From Lytechinus pictus (lineage: Eukaryota), in assembly GCF_037042905.1 (NCBI RefSeq), contig NC_087251.1, forward strand, positions 5,768,001-5,832,000: 64,000 bases of DNA, given 5' to 3'. Positions 1 to 13,184 of the stretch are shown one piece after another (position 1 is the first letter of the stretch; the number at the start of each line of letters is the position of its first letter). Both the position numbers and the translations under genes were made by a program. Under the pieces are notes generated by a model, which was not told the DNA's origin, searched no databases, and saw nothing but the letters and a program-made list of their open reading frames with translations.

Positions 1-146
1 TGATTGATTGATAAAAAAATTAACGACACTATCAACACATGCGTGTCATATAAGTGTCGGACAGTTAATCTGGAAAGGTTACTATAATACAGTACAAATT
101 ACCCTAATGCAACTTTACAAAGGATCAGGATTATAATCGAAAAGAA

Positions 147-199
147 GATAGTATGGGGTTAAGGATGGTCCGGGGTTAAGGATAGTATGGGGTTAAGGA
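147..199. repeat. Short tandem repeat (about 3 copies of a 16-17 bp unit, GATAGTATGGGGTTAAG)
   Basis: ggggttaagga recurs three times in succession. Confidence 0.7.
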
Positions 200-341
200 A
201 ATACAGTGTGAAAAGCATAATACCTTCCCCCATCTTCATTATCGATTTGTGGTTACCAATACTGCAATTGATGATCATTGTTCAACTATCTGATATTCAT
301 CTGGGATTTATACCAAATCTATATAATGAAAATAAACTTAC

Positions 342-571
342 TCTTTGGCCTTCAAACAATGCCACAAATTCATCTCCAATCCGTCTCAGTTCTCGTCCAG
401 TAGCGATCTCGGGGGCAACGGGTCTCGCTGGAGCAGAATTGGCTCTACTCCGACGGATAGTTATGAGGTCTGGTAGGGGTTCGGCAAAAGAATTGTCTCC
501 TGCTGGCTCATTAGGAGGGACTGACTCTGGCTCAACGCTTCCCTCAGAGAAGAACCGTGTTCTTCTAGATT
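342..571 (-). CDS. Coding exon of a BH3-only protein (Bim/BCL2L11-like with Bad-like motifs); contains the BH3 domain; gene continues left of the window
   Basis: Minus-strand acceptor tttcag| at 573-572 and donor |gtaagt at 341-340. The 230-nt exon is phase 1 to phase 0 and translates (E)SRRTRFFSEG...RRSRANSAPARPVAPEIATGRELRRIGDEFVALFEGQR. The LxxxGDEF BH3 core is at 389-366. It is phase-compatible with the upstream exon ending CAA G|gtaag at 7218. Confidence 0.9.
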
Positions 572-3500
572 CTGAAAGATACAATTCAAATACAAACATA
601 TGATCAAGGAATATACACAAATTATATGTATCAATCCAGTATTATAGTTCTCTTAAACAGTTGGTCCCTTTACCAGCAATTTTGATGATGTAAAGAGTTG
701 AGTATGAAACAACCAATTCTCATCTTTTCTCTATTTACACATTACAAATAAATCAATGCACTTCTACTAAAGTGTATGAACATAATGCAAGCGCACACTG
801 ACCCATCAATACTATATCTCAATGTCAGCAGAAGATACATACTTCCTGGCGATGCCATATCTGATCGACCATCCACTGATATACAGGCACAAATAGGTGG
901 TCTTAACTTCATAGTGCAGCACATCAAAAGAACTATTACCTTATCCAAGTACTCTTGTATAGTAAACTGACTATTCTATGCTCTAGCCAACAGTTTTTCA
1001 CTGCCCACTCAACTGTTTGCCTATTGTTCACACCCCCACACCCTTTCGACTAACGATGACTAATCACTGGAACAGAAATAGCCCTATTACAAGGAAGCTA
1101 ATAAACTTGGCTTGTGCACCTTGCAACTCTGTGCCCATTGTTTGGTTATGATGACTTGGATCCAGTGGCATCACCACCACTGGGTCCCCCTTCCTTGTCC
1201 AAATTATCTTCAAGCCTTTGAGCCACGATAAAGTTCAACAATCCTGTCTGGTTATGAATCCACATGAAGTCTACTGAAACATCTCATCTGGACTTCATTT
1301 CTCATAAAAGGAAGTTGTGGTCAGGGTTTTATTACAAGTAATCAAAGTCACTGAAGATGTGATCATGTGGGTCGCTATCCGAGAGATCACTGTTCTTTTC
1401 ACAGCCACTGTTCCAAGTCCAACTGAGGTGACTCACCATGTGTAGGTCTTCTAGTATTGTTTTGGTCCTGCAGTCATAACAAAGAAGACCTTGGGTCTTA
1501 TGTCATTACCCAGGGACCAGGGGAATCCCTATGATGCAACTCTATAAATCCCACTAAAACGTATGGTATACCAGGGAGAATTCCCTGGGTATACATATGC
1601 AGTATGCAAATGAAGAATAGAATCTGATGCCTGTCCAAACCTGCCCTGATTTTCTTGCACAAAGGCTATGCAATAATTGTTCAAATATTGTGAACTAAAT
1701 TAGGAGGGACAGAGAGAGAGAGACTGAAAGAAAGAGAGAGAAATAAAAGAAAGAGTTACAATGACCAATATGATTGACGAACAAAAACATTGATCCTAGC
1801 ATTATCATGCTAATCAACCTGAAGACTCTACCATCTATTACACCTTTTGCCTCTAAACAAAGCAAATCAATCTACATGTAATCAACCTTCTATTTTCCTT
1901 CTCACTTGTTGTTTGTTCCTCTCTTCCCATTGGCCAATACTTTCCAGTAGGCTCTGTACATATTCCCTATGTGTTTACATGTGTTGCGTACTCTCCTGTC
2001 AATCAATAACAATGGTCTAGTCTTCGTACCATCCATATGTATGTATTTCTTTTTTTCAATCATAAAGTAAACCCGAGGTTTACCATGCTTATAGGGAAGA
2101 CGAGTGGAACAGGTGGAAAGACAATTTTTATTTTCTAGTAATAAACATGTTTCGACATGTATATCTCAGCTTTAATCAATCATTAAAAAAAAAACTTTTC
2201 TTCTCTTTGGGGTATATTCACACAGACTATCAGGACCAGTGTGTACAGTAGTAGACAATGCAAAGAGAATACGGTTGTTGTGTATGTTTGTGACTGGATG
2301 ATTGGTTAGTTATCATGCTTTGGCTGGCTGACTCATTAGCATACAATGATGTAGAGAGGTAGATTGGGCGTGGTTCCAGTACCCCAGCCTTTCCAGCTCA
2401 GAGGAAGGCCAGGGGTGCTAGCTTCTACCAAACTACCAGTCAACTGTGACCTGCTTTAAGAGGACAAAAACATCCCCTCCTCTCTTTTCAACTTTCCATC
2501 TCTCCTCTTCATTCCTTCCATCCTTCATATTTCTCTTTGAATTTCCCGCTTCAAACATCATTGATGTACTGTTATTTCACATTGAGCAAATGATAGGGAC
2601 GGGAATCAGAGTCAATATTACTGTCATGCTAAAATCAAGGGAGTGGGTGGGGGTTACTACTGTTTATTATTAATGCTCCTTCAAAATCATTTAGGAATTT
2701 CTTTCCACCTCTAAAGAACTGATGTTTCACTATAGATTTAATAACAGGTTTATTTTATTTTCAAGCTTCTTCGATGTTCATTAAATATTTTCATCGCTAA
2801 TTCAACATGTCTTGACAACCATGGACATTTCTATCTACATGTAGGTCTCAGTTGAGGTATCATTCCCCACCAATCACCCCCCCCCCCCCCCCTCTCGCAC
2901 AAAAATTACAAGGTCTATAATTGGGTTAAGATGATGCAATTGATGAGTTGGTCTTAGTGAAGTAAAAGTTCCAAAGTAAGAATATCATTGATATTTCTGG
3001 TGATGTTAAGAATTAAACCTTCAGACCTTACATTTCAAAGATCAAGTTGAATAACATACAACCAGACTCGCTTATGTTTATGTACATAGTCCTGAAACAA
3101 CACACTTTTCACAGATTCAATTACAAAAAAACATCAAAGTTGAGTGTTTATAAATGCACACCACCTGGTTATCTCTCTACCACCATCTATATTTCCTAAT
3201 TTGGTTATTTTACAATGCTGATGTAACCTATTTACTGTTGATATTGCACAACATCTGAGCATTGAGGGCCCTGGGAATCCCGATTGACCTTCAGGTTTTA
3301 GACTCTCTTCTGTCAGATGTACCAGAAAGGCTATCATTTGTATCAGGCTACAGATCTATTTATATTCCACCTCTCACATCCCAACACGTGGCTAATCATA
3401 TGAACATGTCCAGATACTTGACATAGCTTATGTTGCCAAATACAGGATCAAAAATTGTTATTTCTGCGGTCACATGCTGTTCAAGTACTTCTGTGTAACG

Positions 3501-6289
3501 TATTGCTTGCGTCTGCAGGAGGCATGCATAGACCTATCAGATTCATATGAAATTACTTTTGTATACAGTTTGCTTTGTTTTGATGGAAGCCAGTTTGCAA
3601 AAAGTTTAGGCCTTTAGACTGTGAAGAGGATATTAGAATGGCACTACTGTCTGATCAAGCAATTAAACTTAATGCAAATACATAACTCTACAGGCCTACA
3701 CATTGTGTGTAAGCCTACCTGTATAACTAACACCAGTATCGCTCTGATGATCAATTCAAACAAATACATGTAACCTTGATGAAAGAGTTTTGTTTATAAA
3801 TTTCTTTAAAAGGAAGGTGCTTTTCACCTCAGGCACTGAGCTCATGATCATGAAGTCAATTGAATTATTTGCTGGAGTAATCATCTCTTGAAGACCATGT
3901 TCATTAATAATTGATAATACTTCTTGTACTACATGTAGTACTTCTGAATACAAAATGTATGACAAAACATATTTGGCTATCAAAAGCTGTGGAGCTAGTA
4001 CTGTATTGATCAATAGTAAACAATACCCACCTATCCTCAACAAGGGAGTCCCAACTTCACAGTGCTATTGATTACTTAGTTTGTCATAAAGCTCATTATG
4101 TTCTATCTCCGCATTTCAAAGGACTTTGCTGGCGATGGGAGTCCCCTCTTCGCATTGCTCGTAAAGGCGTTACCCCATACCATGATTAGTAAAGAGTTCT
4201 CAAACATTCAAGTTTCTGTTTTTAAAACTCAAAGCAAATCACTAACATATTATGCAGGTAGAAAATTGATTTTTTTTCCTTCTGACTGATGCATTCCAAA
4301 GATAACTGTCATAGCTTACCTGCATATTTCAACAATTAATTTCTTACTCATGACTAATGTATTCTATAAACTGTTAATGAACTAAATTCCCTAAACCCGA
4401 GTGTGTATTCAACAGTGACTTGTTTGTTTAGGCATACATAAAAATGATGTAATATGCCCATTTCCGAAAAGTGTCGCATAGATTTTTAGTAATTAATAAT
4501 AGAGGAAATATACATTTTCCTTTTTGGCATGCAACTGATTAACTGATTAGATGCAAATAAGCTTGTTCCTCTTTATAAACTTAATCTTTCCCTATAAAAC
4601 TAAATAAAAAATAATTGTTGGTAACTGATAAGTGATCCCCATTCAAATTAGGCCCGTTTTGGGTACACGTGTACACACCCGGTCAAGTCAGTGCACGTAT
4701 ACTGAATTCCATGACCGTGTAAAGGTAGCATCTGAATAAAACTTGCGTGGGAGTTGTAAACAAGTGAACAATTATTTAATTGAACACATTTCTATTACAA
4801 TGCTCACAGCCTCACATTAATTCTAGATTGTCAGATGCTGCACAAGTTTTAATCACTAAAATTCCACTTTCATACCCACCCTTGAACCCACAGTACTCAC
4901 TCACATTTCTTTTATGAATGAAATCTGTCTTGGGCCGGCGTGCACGAAGTTTACATATGATGCAGTGACTATTTAGCCATAATCACATTTCTTGGCAATG
5001 TGTCAGACCCAACCAAACATGGCCACATCATTCCTTCATCAGTCACATACATAGTTTAGAAATTCATACTGAGCTGCACTCAATATTAAGGCATATGAAA
5101 CAAACAGATTGCAAAGAGGCACAATAATTTATGAAAATAATCCCTTTTGGATAAGGGCCAAATATAATCAACCTTTGGAGTAGATGAGGTACAGTAGCTT
5201 GCTTAATATACAGTATTACTCTTTACAGTTTTCTGTGTAATAGTTTCTATAACCCTGACCTTTTCAAAAAGTAAACCTCTCCAACAATCTTTGAAAGAAA
5301 CTTGAATAAAAATACCTAACTTTGGAAATAATCTGTATCATTTCATTATGGTTATCCATTGCAGAGTGGCTGATAGCTATAGTATGCATTTTCCATAGTA
5401 ACAAATAAGACCCTTTTTGCATTTTTGGATGGCAAGAGAGCAATGTAGAAAACCTGTATTGATCAAATTAATACTGTCACTCTAAAATGACCCTAACAGT
5501 TAACAAATGTTGATAAAAGGCTTGCAAAAGTCTCACTCATCAGAGCTATCAAGTTCTTATACTATTTAATGTAAGACTGTTGCAGTGAACAATATCTCCA
5601 AAGTGCATTGACATTTGTACAAGAAGATATAGAAACAAATACTTTAATTATACAATAGATGTGGGGAGGGGTGTTCATGCTTTTTGTTTCATACAAGTAG
5701 GCCCTACATGTCTTTAAAAAGCTCTAGATGTTTGTTTGTGTGGGGGTGTGAAGAGAATAAGGGACTAATCATCTCTTCCCAACAAGAGTTCATTTCTATA
5801 AGCTGGAGATGTAATCAGTCTCTTGTAATAAATTATTCATCTGAAGGCAGGCATAGAAGCATCCCATGAGGACCGATGAAAATCCATTGCACTTTTCAAA
5901 TTCAATTTGATAAGCCCATGTTGTAGTAGGTCCATGATTAGCCATAGGAGCGATTTGCATGATAACATTACTTCAAATCAGAGGCAATAAAGCTGAAATC
6001 CATCCATCCATCCCTGGTATCAAGGTTTAAATTCATCCACTCAAAATTTAGCCTTTGAGAAACAATCTCTATTCTTAATCTCATCTTTATATTCTAAACT
6101 GTTTTTTTTCCCCTTTCATTTTTGCGATGAAACAATAAAATGACAAACTCGCAGGTAAACTATGATGGAAAATCAATTGAAAGTCATCAGAAGATGAATA
6201 CTAAGTGATACATTATTGTTATCTTTATTATTATTTGTTTGTGATCACCTGTGCCTGGGAGGAGAAAAGTGAACCGAATCACTGTACCC

Positions 6290-6607
6290 ATAGGTCTCTC
6301 CTGATATGGGGGTGGGGTGGGATGCAGGTGGACCACTATACCAGGGTATCCCCCTACTCATGAATAGTGAAATGGGTTCTTCATGTACAAAGGTGATGAC
6401 TCTCCTCTACAAGGGGCCTCCATTTAACATCCTATCCGAGGGACGGAGTGTTTTCCACTTTAACATAGCCTGCATTTATGGAATATGGAACAGGGGAGGG
6501 ACATGTTTACACACAACTAGGGCTACGGTCATCTGTCCGGGGTGGACTTGAACCCATGACCTTTGGTTTGACAGGCAGACAATTTACCAACTGAGCCCAC
6601 TCGCTCC
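6290..6607 (-). mobile_element. tRNA-derived SINE
   Basis: Minus-strand head GGAGCGAGTGGGCTCAGTTGGTAAA...GCCTGTCAAACC...GGGTTCAAGTCC with Pol III A and B boxes, followed by a non-tRNA body. The 3' boundary is approximate. Confidence 0.7.
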
Positions 6608-7217
6608 CTCAAATCGTTTAAACTCATACCATAAACATATGTAAACATACATTACTCATACATTTGTTTAAACCCCTACCATATACAAAACCATTTCCTG
6701 AAGAAGTCATTTCATGAAGGGACAGAAAGGAGAAGTGTAACTAGAAAAAAATTTACTGGTATGATAAAAGCTATAAAAAGAAAGAAGAAAAACCCCATAA
6801 TTTTGACTTATATACAGTATATATATATGTATATATATATATATACTGTATTTCAGAAGATGCAATGGTTCTAAAACACGTTTGACGTACCAGTAATTGT
6901 GAAGACCAGAAGTAGGTCATATATCTTGACCTTACAACTAATGGTAATATCCTCTTAAGTGGTTATGATTATGCACTGTATGGGTTCAATGTAAAACACA
7001 CATCAATCATTCCTATTCAGCAACAGGCCTGGTCAGTGGCACTAAGGTGTAAAGTTTTGAAATCCTGAACAGCTTGGGCAAAAATAGAGTTGAAAACATC
7101 CTTTGAATTTTCATAAAATATTTTTTTTGGTGATTATTGACATGTTTTTAGAATTTATAATTAATAAATCAAATCACCTTACGAAATGCAGATGATTAAT
7201 GGGTGATGAAATCTTAC

Positions 7218-7836
7218 CTTGTCTTCTGATCCTCATTAGTTCCTGAGGTGATGGCGTCAAGTCCTGATCACTTGAATCAAACAATCGTAAGCTGATTGAT
7301 GTCTCCAGCAAGACTGGTGAGAGGGGCGGAGTCTGGGTTGAGGTACTTTGGAAGAAACGCGGTGCTGACCCATATCCTGATGAGAGCGGGGAAGTTTCTT
7401 CCGGAGGTGAGGAAAAGCGGAATAAATACCCGAAGGAGCTACTACGGGTCGGGGTCCCTATAAAGCTTCCTGTTCCTATTGGACTGAGGAGTGGAATAGG
7501 GATGGGCGGAGAGGTTCCCATTGTTACTGGAGTCTCTGGTCTGGAGGCAGATATGTCCGAAGTCATGTTCTCTGAGAAAACATCCAGCTCCTCATCAATT
7601 ACCTCATCAACACCACTCTCGTCTTCCGATGCTAGTTTCATTTTCATACTCGCTTGGTCCATCTGCATGTTACCCGGCTGAATGAAGCGGGCAGAAGGCG
7701 CCCCAGGGCCGTTACATACATCAACGATCAGTTTCCTGGACGACCTATCACCACTGCTACCTATACTACACACAGACACCTCCACGCTGTTGATACCACG
7801 CAGTGGGGTGCTCACATGGATTTCAAGTTCACTCAT
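7218..7836 (-). CDS. Large coding exon of the BH3-only protein (Ser/Pro-rich, probably disordered region, Bim-EL-like)
   Basis: Polypyrimidine tract plus ctgcag| acceptor (exon starts 7853), ATG at 7836, and phase-1 donor G|gtaaga after 7218. It is open for 206 codons and encodes SPLSSGYGS and FQSTSTQTPP, resembling Bim RSSSGYFS and DKSTQTP. Confidence 0.85.
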
Positions 7837-10800
7837 AATACAGCAACAGATCTCTGCAGAAGATAACACACAAGAAAAAAAATAAATCATATGTTAACAC
7901 TGAATGAGTTCACTTCTATCATTTAAAACTAAGTTATTGTTTGCAATCCTTCATATCCTAGAGGTGCTGAGATTGGTAAACAAACAGGCTATGTTTGCAT
8001 GTTCTCTTCCAAGCCCACTATTAAAGAACTGAGGTCACTCCCTGTACTTTGGTCTCTCTCTTCTACAACACAGGGGATAGATACTACTGGTACACCAGAG
8101 AAAATGAAATTGTTTAAACCTTCAAAACAAATTCATCATAAGATGTCATCGCAATCACAAGATGGGATGAGCCATTGGGATCAAATATCATAAAGCAATA
8201 TCACTTCAGTGTTATTAGATCTTTGCATGTGCACATCCAAATCGAAATGACATAATCTGACACAATAGAAGGTAAGTGTTACATAATCCTCTATTTTCCT
8301 CCCTCAGCTCAACACACATGGCCGATTTACAGCTCTTCATGGCTCCATATTGTTCATTCCAGTAAACTCTACATTAATGTTACCAATCTGCACCTCCTAC
8401 CTATGACGTAAATGGTATACTCCATCACTATTATTTTCTTTCTGGCCCAGCCTTGGAATTCATGTCTGGACTTGTCCATGTTGGGCACGAGCCATCATTG
8501 TTCTGAGAGTGTGACTACCAGATCATGAACTTAAAGGATATGGTGTGTTTCCAACAATGAACTCACCAGAATAATTTATTTACATAATAAAGCCACAAAG
8601 GGTGTTTTTATAATTTCTATTTTTACACTGAACTTACATACATGGAAATTCTACTCTCATGTAGTATCTCAGGATGTTCTTTACTCTTTGGGGGGCTTAG
8701 AGTAGGAAAAGGTATCACTAAAAACCTGCCTTTACTTAATTTACAAACGTAATGCAGGGATAAGCATATCCCTCTAAACACAACCATAACAAATTAACAA
8801 TAGACTTTTAAACTGTATCTTCTCCTTGCTCCTTTAAAGAAACCAGAAACTGTCAACAGATGAGTCCTAAATATATGGTTGTGTTCCTCCAATGCCCAGT
8901 TTATGTCATGAAAACATAAATTGCCTAGTGATTGAAAAGCAACTGGATTGTCCATCCATCCCTGGCACCTACTTCCCAAGTTTACTTGCTTCCCTCCTTG
9001 AACCCAACCCGGTTGGAGCCATGCCAAAAATCTTTTGCAGTTCAGAAACAAAGTTTAGAAGTTTGGAAAGGGAGTGCGCAGAAGATTGATCAGGTGGATC
9101 TCCACTTTATCAGCCTTACCAGAAGCCTGGATTCTTGATGTTACATTTATTTTGCATCTCTTGCATATAACTATAAAGAACAATATGCTACACAAATATA
9201 CTCATGGATTCTATATGTAGGCCGAGATATTGGAAGTACACTGCTGAAAATTGTTGATATATCCAATACGAAATTTGCAAGAGTGCAGTATTGGTTTAAT
9301 AATTAAATACATGTAGCCAAAACAAAATGCTCAACAGTAAAGTCTGAAACTGACATGACAGATAATTTGTTATGATCCTCATCAGTACCCAACTCCCAAA
9401 TTAACTAGAAAATTTATAAAATTAATTTATATCTCCTTAGTTAGGTCAAAAAGTTGTATGTCCCTTTTCTAATCTTCTTCTGACAATAAAACAGCATCAA
9501 TCACGAATTACTATCTAATAGAAGAAAATTGCATGTTTTCTTGCATTGATCATACTGTATTACAGATCAGGTGAAAAGGTTATGTCAGTGTATCTCAGCT
9601 GATGATAAAACAGCTTGTTGAAGCGATAAGAATGGTGTTAATTTACACATTATGAGTGCCATCAACCTTTCCAACCCTCTGACAGCCTATTATCACTTGA
9701 CAGCTGAAGATGATATATAACTGTAGATGTGAAACCAGGAATATGACAGAATACATCATTTTTAAATATGTAGGTCCTATGTGTTGCATGAAAGAGATGA
9801 CTCCAATTCAATGACTAACATTTTCAAACATTTTCTCACAAAAGAAATAAAAAAAGTTAGTTATTTTAATGAAAACGACCCTCTGACTTCAATATGACAG
9901 AGATTATTACCATTATGAAACTCAATGCCTTTTGTTGATTGCCACAATTCTTATACCAAAGGGCGTGAAAACTTTGGCATCAGTACCCAAGGGTAATTAA
10001 GATGTCATTATACGTCTCCTCATATCATATTACAATTGGTGGAGGTAATACAACATCCAATTGGCAATGCAAAACATGTCGTTATTGATTCATGAAGCTC
10101 CCTGATCTGTTGCTCTACTCAACATACCAATCACAATGATCATACCTTCTACCTATGTTTGAAAGCATTTCAATTTCACAATCATCATGATGTCAAAATA
10201 TTATTAGCAACTTGAAGTGTAAACAGTTTCAGATGGACTGTGGGAAAGAACTAGCAATTCCGATATTGCACCTCCAATATCAAATTGATTTGATGTATCA
10301 TCTATTGCTAATGTCAATGTGAAAATATTGAAACAAATAAGATATGTAGGGCATTTTATCATCAAGTTAATTCTGGAGATTCCAAGTATTGTCTATCATT
10401 ACGTGCTTAAAATGTTCATAATTATTTTGTCTCATTATGACATACATGTATGACCTATATATTGTTTCTGAAACAACAGAGATACCAAAAAAAGTACATA
10501 TAAGCCAATGATACTGTTTCTAGATAGAAAAAATGCAAAACCACAAATCAGTGTATTCATCCACAGAAAAAAATAGCAATCAACCCTTAGATGAAAGTTA
10601 ACATTTGGTTTTGACTATCAGCATCACACACTTTTCATCCTCTGCTCTTTACAGCATCCCTCCTTGCTGGAAGACTCAAATCAAGATGACAAGTGCAACT
10701 CACTGTCACATTGCCAAATCTCCAAAGATAGACAGGTGAAGCAAGAAAGAGGGTCAGTGTCTCGTCTGGTCAAAATTTTGAACACCTCACGCTCCTCACA

Positions 10801-12689
10801 CTCTGTAGTATTATGTATTTTGAATGTTTTTTTTTTATGGTGTTTTTCAGTGACAGACAATAACACCCCAGGAGCAGTAGGGGGCATCAGTGGGGTTTCC
10901 CTGTCAACAACTTGACCTGACAGCTGGGTGAAAACTTCCCAGGGTAACACTAAAGTATGAGCAATAAGTTCAACTTGTCCTGTTTCAACGAATACAAATT
11001 GAGATTAATTTGATTGTGAAATCAATGGCTTTTAAATTAAAGCGAGTACATGTATTGTGGCTCATTGAGACATTTTTTTTTTTAAATTTCAGTTGGTAAT
11101 CTGAAGGGCCTATTTTAATTTTCAATGGCTTCTTTTTTAGGAGCGATAAAAAAGAAAAGTTGGGCAGAACTTAAAAAAGTTGTATGACACAAACACACAC
11201 ACCCTCACAAAACCCCAAACAAACAAGGTTGGTGTTACAATTGAAAAACATCATAACACAGCTGTGAAACCAGGGTCCTTTTAAAGCATCCAGGGTAAAG
11301 AAAGGAAGGAGTAACTAAAGAAGACTCAATCCCAGTTTTCTCTTTGTCTGGAACTTCTTGCGGTCAGACAAACGAGACTGGAGTCCACAAGCAACCCACA
11401 AAAACAGTTTTTACACAGATCGACATCTAACCTCGGAGTTGCAAGCTCACAAGGAAGTAGATCCCTCCAATCTTTAGCCTGTCTGCTTTCATGATGAAAA
11501 ACAAATCCGTTGAAAGAGAGAGGTGAAAAACAAGTCATGAAAAGGTTCAGAGCAAAATAAGCTTATCTCCATTCTCCCAAATTGAGCTGATCAGAATTCA
11601 ACGGATCAATAAGTTAATGGATATTCGCAAATTAAAAACATTGTACATGTACTTAAAAATATGACACTAATGACAGGAAAATGAACAAGAATCAACTTCC
11701 TGACATCCCTCAAGCAGATAATTGATTTTCTTTTTCTTTTTTTTGGAGGGGGGGGGTTAGAGGGTACTTAATAGTACAAAAACACAGTGTGGTGCAAGCT
11801 ACACATCGGCCTAACACCGTGGCAAATCATATTTCCTACAAGTTTGAAGTTCATATGAACCTAAAAAAAAGGCCATGCTTTTGAAGACTCACTTGATCAT
11901 TAAATGATATTTAGTCCCCTTTTCCAGACAATGAACAGAAAAGAATTTGGGAGGGGAGATCTTGATATGTCTAAAGGGATAAATTACCTGTCCTTGTCAG
12001 GAAGTAAATGAGGTTATAAACAGGTTACAATGCCACAGGAGTTCAAAAATCAATTAGCACATTTTCCTGTTGTTCATATTAGAGTACAGAAGTTCTCTAC
12101 AGGTGTAGAATGAATGTTTAATACTTTACAGAGAAAACAATTTATAAAAATAATACAAAGACTTACAAAACAATAAATCTCTTTATCATTGAGAATAATT
12201 ACTTTATTTGTTAGGATTGCACAAAGAAATAAAATGAAACAATCTATATTTCAGAGGATGGTGACAAAGGAACAAACTTTGAGGTTAATTCTCATATCAG
12301 AGTCTATCAAAGTTCTTTATATGACACTCATATGTCATCAAAATGACAGAAGGGATAATCAATACAAACCACAATATTAATGACTTCTTTATTAAGATGT
12401 GAACAAAAATAAACACCACAGATCAACAATAGTTCAACAGAAAACTTGCCAAATAGTTTATTGTGGTTTCACCTGAACTGAAGCACTGGGTGAATCAATT
12501 ATGCCAAAGACAGACAATATGACTCTGATCTAGACAATAAAAAAGGTTTTTGTTATGGGCTAGGATTAATGGGACAAAGAAAGCAAGAAAGAAACACCTA
12601 ACCCCCCCCCCCCGAACAGTCAAACACATGCTTCAAATCATTCCTCCCCTAACTTATGAAAATGTAGGTTCTACAAGTATACCCCCCCC

Positions 12690-13184
12690 CCCGGGGGGGG
12701 GGGGGCACACACATATATTGGTGGTACAGGGACTTTCGCTAATTTTCAGTTCTCTAGATACTCCGATTGACAAAAGTTCAGTTCAGATGCCGCCCAGCCC
12801 CGCTCCCAAAACCCCGTTACGAGACATCTCAGTTCCCTAGCCCATGCAAAAATTGTCAAGCACGAGCACCACATGCAAGAGATGCACGCATGGCTTCGCA
12901 ACTCCCTCCATATACCGGTAACTAGTATAGCTGCTCCATGCATGGCTAGTGCATGCACAGCGCTATCATAGAGCTATTATAGCTCTATGGCACTATCATG
13001 CACCGTACACCTACAGTGCCGCGATCCTGTTCCGTAGACCGTTTTTCACACCGCGCAGTATATATTTTATAGTTTGCAGGAACCTGTACTTTGCCATTGT
13101 AGTCATTTCCTTAGACCCCCATTTCAGAGTTTCGTGAGGCACATCCCCATCAAAATTTAATTTGAGTGCCACCCCCCCCCCGGG
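12690..13184. mobile_element. Non-autonomous TIR DNA element with CCCGGGG...CCCCGGG ends
   Basis: Left end cccggg(g)n-gcac, right end gtgcca-(c)n-ggg; GC/CpG-rich interior in an AT-rich context. Confidence 0.6.

Noticed and set aside
187..603. 138-aa plus-strand ORF
   Set aside because: Antisense shadow of the BH3 exon; it starts in a tandem repeat and has no recognisable motifs.
7654..7885. Two plus-strand ORFs
   Set aside because: Antisense to the real minus-strand exon.
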